This document shows, piece by piece, positions 18,370 through 30,254 of a stretch of 64,000 nt of DNA; positions within the stretch are counted from its first letter, which is position 1, and each line of letters starts with the position of its first letter. The DNA comes from the human T2T-CHM13v2.0 reference genome, Homo sapiens, in the NCBI RefSeq assembly GCF_009914755.1, contig NC_060929.1. One strand, 5' to 3'. The translations under genes and the position numbers were made by a program. The notes below the pieces were generated by a model. It saw only the letters and a list, made by a program, of their open reading frames with translations, was not told where the DNA came from and ran no database searches.

Positions 18370-20539
18370 GCTTATCTAATCCAACTATTTGTTTAATAGA
18401 TAAGGAAATCAAGGCCAAGATATATGAAATGGCAACATGCTAAAAATTTTATGTGGTTAGAATGAAAAACATAAATTTTTTATCTATGGACAATAGTACC
18501 CTAGCAGAGTGATTAAGAGCTTTGGCATTGGTGTGAAACAGGACACACTATGCCACATACAAAATTTGGGACTTTTGGGAAATTATTTAATTTTTCGAAT
18601 CTTAGAAATCCTAAATGCTAAAAGAGAATAAAGTAAAAGTATATTTTAGAGTCTTCTAGTCATACCAATAGTAATTATCAGTAAAGTAACATATTTGGAA
18701 ATACGTTATTTATGACTTTTTCTAAAAACTCAGGAGAGGCTATAAATTAATTGAAACATATTTGATATGGAAATTATATTTCAGAAAGAGTTTCCCAGAC
18801 TAGATTAATTCTACGAGGTTTGAATTCATAATAGTAAATCTCAGATACTATTTTTTGGTTAATTGCAAATATTACAACAAAGCTAAGACATGGATTTTGG
18901 ATCACCTGTAAATAATAATTTATTTAAAAATACATAATGATCGAAACATTTCTGAATACCAATGCAGCACCTGATAATTCTAATGTTATATCAGTATTTT
19001 TTAATTCTCCTGGACTCATTAACTTTTCAAGCAGGGCTATTTCTCATAGCTCTTCCCAGAAGACTACTTAAAGTTTCTCCATGATATGAATGTACTATGA
19101 TTTGATTATGTTTTAGTGTATGAACGAGTTATGTTATTTTGTGCCTCTAGAAAAAAAACATGCATCAGACTTCCCTAACACAACCATGCCAGTGTAACTC
19201 CTAAAGTACTCCTAAAAATTCTCTCTGTTCTATCCATTTATTAGAAATATTTATTCCTCTCAAAAGCATTTTCCATTTTTAATAGAACAAATAAAAACAT
19301 TATTGTACTTTTCAAAGGTATTTCTAACCTTGAAAAGGATATTTCTCTTGTCACTAAAAAGAGTCTTTGAACATTATTCAATATTGTCAGTGTGCCAGCA
19401 TAGGGAACTTGATATTTCTTTAATTCATTTGATTTGCCTTTACTTTTCTAATGAAATAAATAGCTTTGTGAAAATGAAAGTCATCATAATAAGAACTATT
19501 TTCAGAAAAGGAATGGTAATATTTTCAAATACATTAAAGAGATGTATTCATCCACACAGTCATTTAAATAACAAAGTAGCTACTGATTTAGCAGAGCATC
19601 TTCTAAAGATTTAATGGCATTTTATATCAAGACATAAAACAAACATCCATCCTGACTTTCTACAGTAGACAAAGGCATGTGTCTTATTGACATACTAAAC
19701 AGGTGAAAGTGTTTTGGATGAAAATGGCTTAACCTAAACAAAATAGTAAACGCCTCAGTTACATAGCCATTCATCAACTGGACTTGAAATAAAATTTCAA
19801 AGAGTCTTTAAATAACTTTGCGTATGAAAATTACAGTAAAAATCTTTAATTAGTTGCATATAAAGAGCTTAAGAATTCATGTAGCTTACAATTAATACAT
19901 TATATTCTATTTAGTTAATGATAGTCATACATTACTGTTGTCTGATTTGTATGACCCCAGATACTTGTCAGCAATTTCTTCTTATGGCATCATAAAATAG
20001 AACCTGGTGTTTGACATTTATGAAATTTACTTAAATTGTGTTTATTGTATTATATGGTTGTGTTCCCTATACACTGTAACATTTAATCATTTTATTATTT
20101 TATAATTAATCAGTTTATTCATTCTGACATTTAATGCATTGATAATCAATATTAATCAATCTACACATATTTCATTAAATTTTTAATACATGCAACCAAT
20201 GTCAAAAAACTAAGGTAAAAGTAGAGTTTAATTGCTATTAGTTTGTAAATAAGAACTGTTGCTTTGATTGCACTAAGAAAACAGACAGAATTGGAATCAT
20301 AGAAGTCACATCTATAGTTGAATCTATGGCAAAAAAAGATAATAAAAGGATATTAAAGAGTTTATTAGAAATCAGCACCAGAAAAATGTGACTTAGGTAG
20401 TGAAGGGATCATATATTTCAGTAAGAGAAAGACATAGGCAAGAAGAGGAATGCCTGGTTCCCAGGGGGTTAAGAGTTCACCTAGTACTCAGCTCAATCCA
20501 GGGAATAAAAGATAGTCATAGAGAATATAGTCATTTGGT

Positions 20540-21440
20540 TTTACATTTTGTTATAAAAATTTCAAACATACACAAAATAAGTAAGAATATAATAAAGACA
20601 CATATTTCTACTATGCAACTTCAATATTTATTATTTTGCTAATCTTTATTTAAGGCCTCTATTTGTTTGTTTCAAGGGAATTTAAAAGTTAAATCCCAAC
20701 ATTGTATCATTTCCCTTATAAGTATTTCAGTGTGCATCTTTAACTAAAGAAGGACATAATCCCCACAATTTTGTTTATATACATATATCACTATGCTATT
20801 GTTACACCAAATACAATTAACAATAATTATTTTCTTTCTTCTCATGAATCTTTTTACTGTTGGTTTGCCCAAATAAGGACCTTGAAAGTTCCACTCATTT
20901 GTATGGGTATGGCTAATCTCTTTTATTTTAGAACATTCTCTCCACACTCTTCAATGTCATTGATTTATTAAATAAATTCAGTCATTTGTTGTAGAATTCT
21001 ATAGGATATTACACATTCTGAATTTTTTTTAATGCCCTCATAGTGTTACTTTTTTTACTCCATATCCTTTGTGTTTTTGTGCTTACATGGTCTTGAAGCT
21101 TGACTACTTTTAAGTTTAATTTTTAAAGGATGAATATTTATAGGTGAGTCTATGTATTTCGTATTGCATCCTAGCATGAAGTACATTACGTGGAGTTGCC
21201 TCATTAAGGATACAAATACTAATCAGTGGATTCAGATGGTGACAGCCTTAGCTTACCCATTACAAAACTCCCTATCAACATTTCACTGTTGAGTTTAATT
21301 TTTAATAATCATTACATAGGTAATTATTTCATTAAGGGATAAAAATGATATTTCTAATTTAACCATTAATTTTATCTTTAATAACTTGAATTATTTTATT
21401 AAGAAATTTCCTTCATCAACTTATTTCCTTGAAATAAAAG
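20540..21440 (-). mobile_element. L1MC/L1ME-type 3' region
   Basis: ATAAAAATTTCAAACATACACAAAA and AGTATTTCAGTGTGCATCT motifs typical of old L1MC 3' ends. Confidence 0.65.
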
Positions 21441-21448
21441 ACTCTCAG

Positions 21449-21967
<519 letters not shown>

Positions 21968-22094
21968 TGAGATAAATTAGCTCTGATTCTCAGGCATGAG
22001 TGGATAATCACTAGTCCAGGGTGATTGGAAACACAGGGCCAACTTACAACAATTCAGCTTACAACAGTTCTTACAATTTATGTGTAAGAAATCG

Positions 22095-22470
22095 CTTTAA
22101 ATGGACTGTGCATGCAATAACATGAATCGCACTCAAAATATCTTGCTGAGTAAACAAGAGAAGTCAGACCAAAAAAAGAAAAAAAGAGTATATACTTTCT
22201 ATAAACATCTAAAAAATGCAAACTAGTCCACAATAACAAAAAGCAGGTCAGTGGTTGCCTGGAGGTGAGGGAAGAGGTAGAGGAGGAAGAGATTTCAAAG
22301 AGGATTAAAGAGATTTTGGTGAGTTATAAACATGTTTATTATCTTGATTTGCTCATTAATTTGATGATTTTACAGGTATATACATATGTTGAAATCTATA
22401 ATATGGTATATTTTAAATAGTTGAAGTTTATTGCATGTTATTTGTTCCTTAATAAAGCTCTTTTAAAAAC
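22095..22470 (+). mobile_element. L1ME-type 3'UTR fragment
   Basis: CATGCAATAACATGAAT...GAAGTCAGACCAAAAA...CAGTGGTTGCCTGG...AATAAAGCT. Confidence 0.75.
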
Positions 22471-22949
22471 AGGTTATTAAAGTGAAGAGCAACTTGAGGA
22501 CTAGATTGTCTACTTTATTGAATTATAAGGAAGTAGGTTTTATTGAAATGGAAAAAGAAAACGAAAGAATTTGGAGTATAGAGTACTGCATTAGGAAATC
22601 AGCTTAAGATTAGGTATTCTAATGGGAGACTATCAGAAACCTTATAGTAATACAGGGCATTTGCCTACCTAAACAATCTAAATATATTGTTTGTACTCTT
22701 ATGTTAAGCTGTGAAGGTGTACTTGTTATTTATAGTTAAATTTAAGATTTATTAATAGTTAGTAATACTATTGGACATTATGAGCTAATGAGTAACAGAA
22801 ACTTACAAGCATTGGTGTTGAACCAGAAATTTACAAAATGATTCTGACACTGAACTATGTTTCCAGGACTGGATACCCCCCAGGTTTTTGTAAGGGAAAC
22901 AGTAATGCAGAAATATAAAGTGATTTTCGTTTATGTAACTCCTACACTC

Positions 22950-23272
22950 AAAGTGTTCTTGGACACTGTGGGAAATTCAAGGGTATCACACTAGAATAAT
23001 GGAAGGATTCGATTCAGAACAGAAGTCCCAAAATAAGTTCACTGTGTGCGAAAAACAAAATAAATGTGTGGATGATTAAACACGCAAGAATAGAACACTT
23101 AAAAATGATGATAACTGAAGATGTCAGAGGGCCAAACAAGATGGATGGCAGATCCAATGTTAAGTGGTTAGCAGATGTGAGGAAGCAGCAGCAAGATCTT
23201 GCAATTGAAACTCATGCAGCTTCAAACAGAAAACTTCATATGGGATTTCAATTTTGTTTGGAACTAACATAG
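22950..23272 (+). mobile_element. Possible ancient RTE-class LINE (L4/MamRTE-like) ORF C-terminal relic
   Basis: Translation ...DGRSNVKWLADVRK...DLAIETHAASNRK resembles the GRP(R/K)xRWxDDV...DL...AxNR tail of RTE-clade reverse transcriptases. Recognised by eye only. Confidence 0.4.
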
Positions 23273-23554
23273 ACTCTGATGATAGCAGTTCATGAGTCAT
23301 TGGTTGTGATAGTTGTGGAGACGGTTTCATAGAATTTGGCATATTCTATAAAGCAAATATAGAAATCTAATAATAGGTATATAGACAGGATATTGAATAA
23401 GGACTACTCTTAAGACAACTTAATTAATGTCCTTGAATGTGGGCTTATATCAACAATATAGCATTTTAAAAGTATAGTGCTTTGATGATGTTGAATAGTG
23501 AATATTTACTGATCAAGTTTTAAAAAGATTCCTACGTGAATATTATCTAAAATT

Positions 23555-23660
23555 TGTCTTTCATGTTACTGATGAGGAAACTGAAGTATACTGGGCTAAA
23601 GTAACTGGACCAAATCACGTGACTAATTAGTAGTAGCTTCAGGCTTAAAACTTTTTGGTA
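23555..23660 (-). mobile_element. MIR core fragment
   Basis: GATGAGGAAACTGAAG...AAGTAACTGGACCAAATCAC. Confidence 0.65.
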
Positions 23661-25346
23661 GGGATTTGTTAATACCAGTGGCTATATCCCAACCTTAGAG
23701 CCATACTAGACAAGTAAATAAAGAAGCCCCAGATGCAGCAACGCTTTTGGCCTTCATGAGAGGTGCATTGATTTCAAAATATTAGTACAGTTTATGTACC
23801 CCATATACAAGGGCTGTGAGACAGGAGTTCATTGCTAGAATCCTATTAATTCCAATTGCCTTTTAGCGTTTCTTGTAGAGCCCTTATACATGCAGGATTT
23901 GATAGCCAGTTAGAAATACTCAACTTCAGATGCAAGGTGTCTCCCTTTTATAATGCTAGAGGAAAAGGCTGACACAGGTTTATATTGTTTTTACAATATT
24001 CCCTTGTCTTTTTCTAAAAATCATTTTCAAAGTGTGAAATCAATCCATTTCTAGTTTAGATTAATGCAGAAGCCAAGAAAACTTGAACTCTCCCTTCAAT
24101 TTTCAACTGAGCAAAATGCCAAAGTGTCTTGTGATTTAACTGACGCTTGCTCAGCCTTCCACTATCATATCTAAAGCTGAGTTGTTCTTACAAGACTTTC
24201 TGATGTAGGATATTTAACAAGAGTGGAAATGTAAGGTCTAAAGATGTTGTGGCAGTGAATTCTAACAAGGAGTTTTATTGCTCTCTTTCCTTACCTTTAG
24301 TTTCCCCTGACAGTCATTCTTCCTGGTACTAATTTATAGTACTCACCTAAAGTTCCCTCCACTTGAGGTCAAATTGTCTTGAGGATTGAAAAGATTTTAT
24401 TCTTAGAGAAGGTTGTATTGAAATTGATTTCATTTTAACTTAACGTTTGATTTTGTCATTGCTGGATTTGGGCTTGAATAGACTTTATAAACACTGAACA
24501 GATATATTCTTATATAAGACTAACTTGATTTGCTTGATCTTTCAGCAAAGTGTTGGACAGATTGAAACTCCACTCATATGTAATATACTTGAATTTTGAG
24601 TTCATTATTGTAGTGCTGTTTCTTAGTAGAAATGGTTAGAAGGTTGCTCTTTTCATCCCAAATATGGTCAGATGCCTGTAATTGAACTCTCTTTTGTTTA
24701 TTAAATATTTTACCAATAAGTAAAACAATTCAAAATAGCAACTGAACAGGAATGAAATAAATATTTATTTATTTTTTAGTTATGGAATCATTCTTGAAAA
24801 ACAAAAAGAGTTTTGCCTGTAAATGAAAATTCAGAAATATCAGAGGAAATAACAAAAACCAGTCAGGGAAGCATGGCTTTGCAAGTAAGTGGAGGGGAAG
24901 ATTTCAGCCTTTATTTTTGCTTTCTCTGGGGTTAAGAGCCTCCATTCATATGAATGAGAAGAGAAATGTTTTTCCACTTAAAAACTCTTGGCTTTTCTAA
25001 CTTTATTTAAGCACCTAAAACTGAAAAGCTATAATGTTTACACTTTACTTATTCATTGTCTTCAATTTATTTGCAGATTTATAAACTAAGGAGATTATTG
25101 TATAGATGTAAGCTCCTGTTAATTCCTCTTTTTCTATATAGTAGGAAGCTATATGGATTTCATGGTCCTATACTGTTAGGTGGGTTTATCTTATTTCTTT
25201 ATACAAAAGAATATAGAATTGTAATTTATAGTTATTTATCTAAATATATTTGTAACAAAATGTTAACATGTAGAATGTTTTAATATAGACATGTCTTTTT
25301 TTTTTCTGTTTCAGATGCTTCAGAAGAATTGTAATATTAGGTACTA

Positions 25347-25670
<324 letters not shown>

Positions 25671-25686
25671 AAGAAAATAGAAGCTA

Positions 25687-25979
25687 GGACCAGTTATGGT
25701 GGCTCATGCCTGTAATCCTAGTGGTTTGGGAGGCCAAGGTGGGAGAACGGCTTGAGGCCAGGAATTCCTGATCAGCCTGATCAATGTAGTGAGACTCCAT
25801 CTCTACAAAAACAAAAACAACAACAACAAAAAAGTAGCTGGTCATGGTAGTGACACGTATCTGTCGTCCTAGCTACTCAGGAGGCTGAAATGGGAGGATT
25901 GCTTAAGCCCAGGAGTTTGAGGCTGCAGCTAGCTATGATTGATTGCTCCACTGCAGTCCAGCCTGGTTGACAGAGCTGT
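25687..25979 (+). mobile_element. AluJ element
   Basis: Diverged dimer with GGAGGATTGCTTAAGCCCAGGAGTTTGAGGCTGCAG, diagnostic of AluJ. Confidence 0.9.
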
Positions 25980-26143
25980 AAAGAAAAGAAAAGAAAAGAA
26001 AAGAAAAGAAAAGAAAAGAAAAGAAAAGAAAAGAAAAGAAAAGAAAAGAAGAAAAGAAAAGAAAAGAGAAGAGAAGAGAAGAGAAGAGAAGAGAAAAGAA
26101 AAGAAAGGAAAGGAGAGAAAGAGAAAGAGAAAGAGAAAGGAAA
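25980..26143 (+). repeat. Compound purine microsatellite (AAAAG)n-(AGAAG)n-(AAAGG/AAAGAG)n in the AluJ tail
   Basis: 164 bp containing only A and G, read directly. Confidence 0.97.
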
Positions 26144-26734
26144 TGTAAAAAGTAAAGTTGAGGTTCCTCTTCAAAGACTTTCCTCCCCATCTAATTAGGA
26201 ATAAATAGTAACTTCTCTTAGAAGCAAAATTTATTCAAAGACTTGTGCTAATATTCTTAAATATCTGCTAGCTGTAATAAAGAAATCAATGTACTTTATG
26301 TTCTTACCTCCCACAATTTAGCCTAAATATTTGCCCTAGCATGCTTATACTAGTCCAAGCAAGCATTAGGTCATAGCCTGTTCCTCTTCCTTATTTGAAG
26401 GTCTTTTTACCTTTCTCAGCATTCCACAAGTTACTTCCTCCTTCCTTTGTTCTCCTCTGCCTTTGCCTCTTTTAAAAAGTTCTAAGTTGCTAGCCAATCA
26501 GGACAAATACAGAATGTGAGGTCTCATTCCAGCCAATAGAAACCGGACACAGCAGTAAGGTAGACACGTCAAGTTATAAATGACCCTGTCTCCTTTGTTC
26601 AGTGTACTCTCATGGCAAAACTGCTGGTGAGTGTACCCTTTCTGCAGAAAGTAAAAAAATGGCCTTGTTGAGAAAATTAAATTTATATTCAAGTGCTATA
26701 TATTTACGGCATCAAAGAGCAAGCATTTCTAACA
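26144..26734 (+). mobile_element. LTR10-family (LTR10C-like, HERV-I/ERV1) solo LTR
   Basis: TGTAAAAAGTAAAGTTGAGGTTCCTCTTCAAAGAC...TTTCTAACA, 591 bp with TG...CA ends. CCAAT boxes at about 26494 and 26533, TATAAA at about 26575, ATTAAA at about 26676. It sits inside the purine tract, which resumes at 26735-26783. Confidence 0.8.
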
Positions 26735-27527
26735 GGAAGGAAAGAAAGGAGGGAGGGAGGAAGGGAGGGAGAGAGGGAGGGAAAGCTAAATTTTGTGGTT
26801 TGTTTAGTCTATGGAAACAATAGCCATCAAAATATATTTTGACAAAACATGGGCACGAATTTTTGATTGGAGAGAAGGGGTTTACAAAAGAGGAAAAGAA
26901 AGAAAATGTCCCATTGGCAAGTATTTTCTAAAGATCTGTAAGATGTTAGAAGATGGAACAGAAGGTTGAAGAGCAAAAAGCATTATCAGGTCATTGGGGC
27001 TGACCCAAGTAAGTTGCTGAGAGAGAAAGAGAGTCACTTTGCAAATGAATGCTTGGTGGTTGAATCTATCAAAAGACAATGGTGAAGAGCATTATGTGAA
27101 GATTCAGGAGGCAAACAGGAACCAAATTATCCTTATAATGACCCCCATAGTCAATATATATAGCCACTCTAATTATTACTCTGAGACCCAGCCTTCATTT
27201 GAATGAATTACCAGTTGTTGGTCTGTAAGAAAGACACCTGTCCTTCCAGCAGTAGTGTGTAAAAATTAGGCTTCACCAGAAGCTAGCATCTTCTCTGGTC
27301 AAGCAACAAATGCTAAACATATTTTTGCTATACATGTATCTATCATATGTTAAAGAAGAAGAAAAAAAAAAGCCACTCAGTTTGTGGTAACTTTCTGTAG
27401 CAGTTCCAGAAAACTAACACAATGGCTTACAAATATTCTCTCTCATGACTTGCTGCATCAAATTAGCTCACTTGGTGGATCTTTCTTGTGGTTTTTTTCA
27501 TGAGATTACATTCAGATTGGCTGAACT

Positions 27528-28720
27528 TAATTTTTAAAAATATATATATTTTTATTTTTATGACTACATAACAATTGTACATGTTTATGGGGCACATGTG
27601 ATATTTTGATACATGCATACAAAGTGTAATGATCAAATCAGGGTAATTTAGATATTAATCACCTCAGACATTTATCATTTCTTTGTGTTAGAAGAATTCT
27701 AATTCCTCTCCCGTAGTTATTTTGAAATATACAATATATTATTGTTAACTACAGCCGCTCTGTTGTAACTCCAAACACTAGATCTTATTTTTTCTATTTA
27801 ATTGTATTTTTTTTTTTACCCATTAACCAACCTCTCTTTATATCCCCTCCTGATATGGTTTGGCTCTGTGTCTCCACCCAAACCTCATGTTGAATTGTAA
27901 TCCCCAGTGTTGGGGGAGGGACCTGGTGGGAGGTGATTGTATCATGCGGGCAGATTTCCCCTTTGCTGTTCTCGTGGTAGTGAGTTCTCTAGAGATCTGG
28001 TTGTTTGAAAGTGTGTAGCATTTCCCCTTTTACACTCTCTATCTCCTGCTGGCCATGTGCTTTCCTCTCCTTCACCTTCTGACATCATTGTAAGTTTCCT
28101 GAGGCCTCCACAGGCATGCTTCCTCTATAATCTGCAGAATCTTGAGCCAAAAACCTCTTTTCTTTATAAATTATCCAGTCTCAGGTAGTTCTTTATTGCA
28201 ATGTGAGAACAGTCTAACATACCTCTTCACTATACTTCTCAGCCTCTGGTAACCATCATTCTATTCTCTCCCTTTATGAAATCAATTTTGTTTTGCTCCT
28301 ATATATGAGTGAGATCATGCAATATTTGTCTTTCTGAGCCTGACTTATTTACTTAACATAATTTTTCCAGTTCCATCCACATGGTTGCCAATGACAGGAT
28401 CTCATCTTTTTTCCTGGCTAAATAGTATTCCATTGTGTATATGTACCACATTTTCTTTATCCATTCATCCTTGATAGACCCTTAGATTGATCCTAAATCT
28501 TGGTTATTGTGAATAGTCTCCAATAAATATGGGAGAGCAGCTATCTCTGTGATACACTGATTTTCTTTCTTTTGGATATATACCTAGCAGTGGGATTGCT
28601 ATATCATATAGTAGTTCTATTTTTAGTTTTTTGAAGAATCTTCATACTATTTTCCATAGTGGTTGTACTACTTTACATTCCTCCTAATAGAGTAAGAGCC
28701 TTCCCCTTTCTTAGCATCCT
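27528..28720 (-). mobile_element. L1MA3/4-like 3' end, split by MSTA
   Basis: ATTTTGATACATGCATACAAAGTGTAATGATCAAATCAGGGTAATT, TAGTATTCCATTGTGTATATGTACCACATTTTCTTTATCCATTCATC. Confidence 0.9.
27851..28221 (+). mobile_element. MSTA-like MaLR solo LTR
   Basis: TGATATGGTTTGGCTCTGTG...CTAACATA with TSD CCTCC/CCTCT. Confidence 0.92.
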
Positions 28721-29444
28721 TGGGTTGGGCTGTATTTCCAAAGTATTGACTGGACTGAACTCTATGAAAGCTAACAAACATGGCTGATCATTGATACTGG
28801 CTATTGGCTGGGAACTCAGCTACAGCTATGGGCTGGACCATCTCCACCTGGCTTGTGCATTTCACAGTATGGCAGCTGAATTCCAGGAGGGAGCACCCTA
28901 AGTGGATCCTGAGAGTGAGCATTCCAAGAGGCCTGAAGTGATGCCACAGTACTCCTTATGACTTAGCCTGAGAATTCCCATACACAATTTCTATTGTACT
29001 GTATTGGCCAGGAAGATCAGTAGCCGTTCCAACTCAAAGATAAATTAATTAGTCTCTACCTCTCAATAGGAGAAGGAAAAGTATTTGTGGCCAGCTTTAA
29101 TCTACCATATCAGGTTACACTTTTTAATTTAAAAAATTTCTTAACAACATTGACTAATTTCAAATATGTGAGCTTAGTCAGTTTCTTTAAGAATAGTCCG
29201 CACCGTAAAACCTGTTCAAGGAATGTGGCTCCTTGATTTTTTTTTATAGAAATGCTATGTTAAAATGTTCCTTCAAAGCTTAACACATAGTCTTCAGTTC
29301 TTCACTTCTGCGAAATTCCTATGTAAACATTAGTACATAGTTGGTGTCCCTCCTCTTTCATTAATCTTTTCCCTTTTCTTTTATCTTAATTTTTATCCCT
29401 TTTCTGAATTCTTCTTATTTTATTCTTGTCCATCCACATCCTCA

Positions 29445-29482
29445 ATGTGTGTGTGTGTGCGTGTGTGCGCACACACACATGC
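29445..29482. repeat. (TG)n/(CA)n alternating purine-pyrimidine tract with a central palindrome
   Basis: ATGTGTGTGTGTGTGCGTGTGTGCGCACACACACATGC. Confidence 0.95.
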
Positions 29483-30254
29483 TGGTGAGGGGATCCCATA
29501 TGAGACTGAGAACTGGTTTAGATGTGGCAACTGGGTGAAGGGATGCAATGGTTTCATTGCAACAGCTGGCATCAGCCTTCTGCTTGGTCGTGATTTCTTC
29601 TGACTGTGTAAATGCAGTAACACACTATGTGACTCTCCATCTATCTCACCCCTCAGCACAACTTGACCCATTGCTATACACACTTGCAGGTTGACATGCT
29701 CTAATTGTCACATTAATCTTATCTCCCATGGATGGAATTACATTGGAATTACACTGATCTTCTGGTTTATAGTTAATGCATTTCCATCTAGTCTCTCCCA
29801 CTCTGCTTTACCATTAGCCTCTGATATTTGATGGCAGCAGCCCTGCATCACTGCCATCCTCCAAAGGACAGATTCTACTGAGCATCTAGATGCTGGCACC
29901 ACCATCACTAGTGTGTTTCTCATTTCCTCAGAGAAGGCTGTGTCCTCTAGGAACTCCTAAAGAACATAGTGAAGTAATGGCTTCCCAGGCCAAACAAAAT
30001 TTCATTCTAATGTTCCCATGACCTAGACTTTTCTAATGAGAAGGAAAAAGAATGTAAAAAGGAAAGGAGAAAAATATAGGGTGATAAAACTATAAAGTGA
30101 GTAAAAATATGTAATATATAGGTGTAATCTAAGAGCAACTTTAGATTGGATGATCAGGTAAGGACCTCTGATGAAATATTTAATCTGAGAACAATGAAAT
30201 AAAAGGGTTAATCATTTAGTCAATAAAAGAAAGTTTTAGGAATAATTTTTTTAA

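Larger units (their letters stand above)
27421..29109 (-). mobile_element. MLT1G/H-like LTR split by an L1MA insertion
   Basis: Pieces at 27421-27527 and 28721-29109 (GGCTATTGGCTGGGAACTCAGC...GTGGCCAGCTTTAATCTACCATA). Confidence 0.65.

Noticed and set aside
22033-22080. CTTACAA x3 resembling a Tigger terminal repeat
   Set aside because: Too short to assign, and no partner terminus was found.
24285-24350. Two consensus minus-strand donors (AAG|gtaagg and TAG|gtgagt)
   Set aside because: No convincing acceptor upstream to define an exon.
25295-25346. 26-nt plus-strand micro-exon (tttcag|ATGCTT...TTAG|gtacta); similar acceptors at about 10132, 10248, 45777, 45838 and 54444
   Set aside because: Weak or missing donors. 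T-runs followed by AG are frequent in AT-rich DNA.
25929-26190. F/S-rich and K/R/E-rich ORFs
   Set aside because: They are translations of the (AAAAG)n microsatellite.
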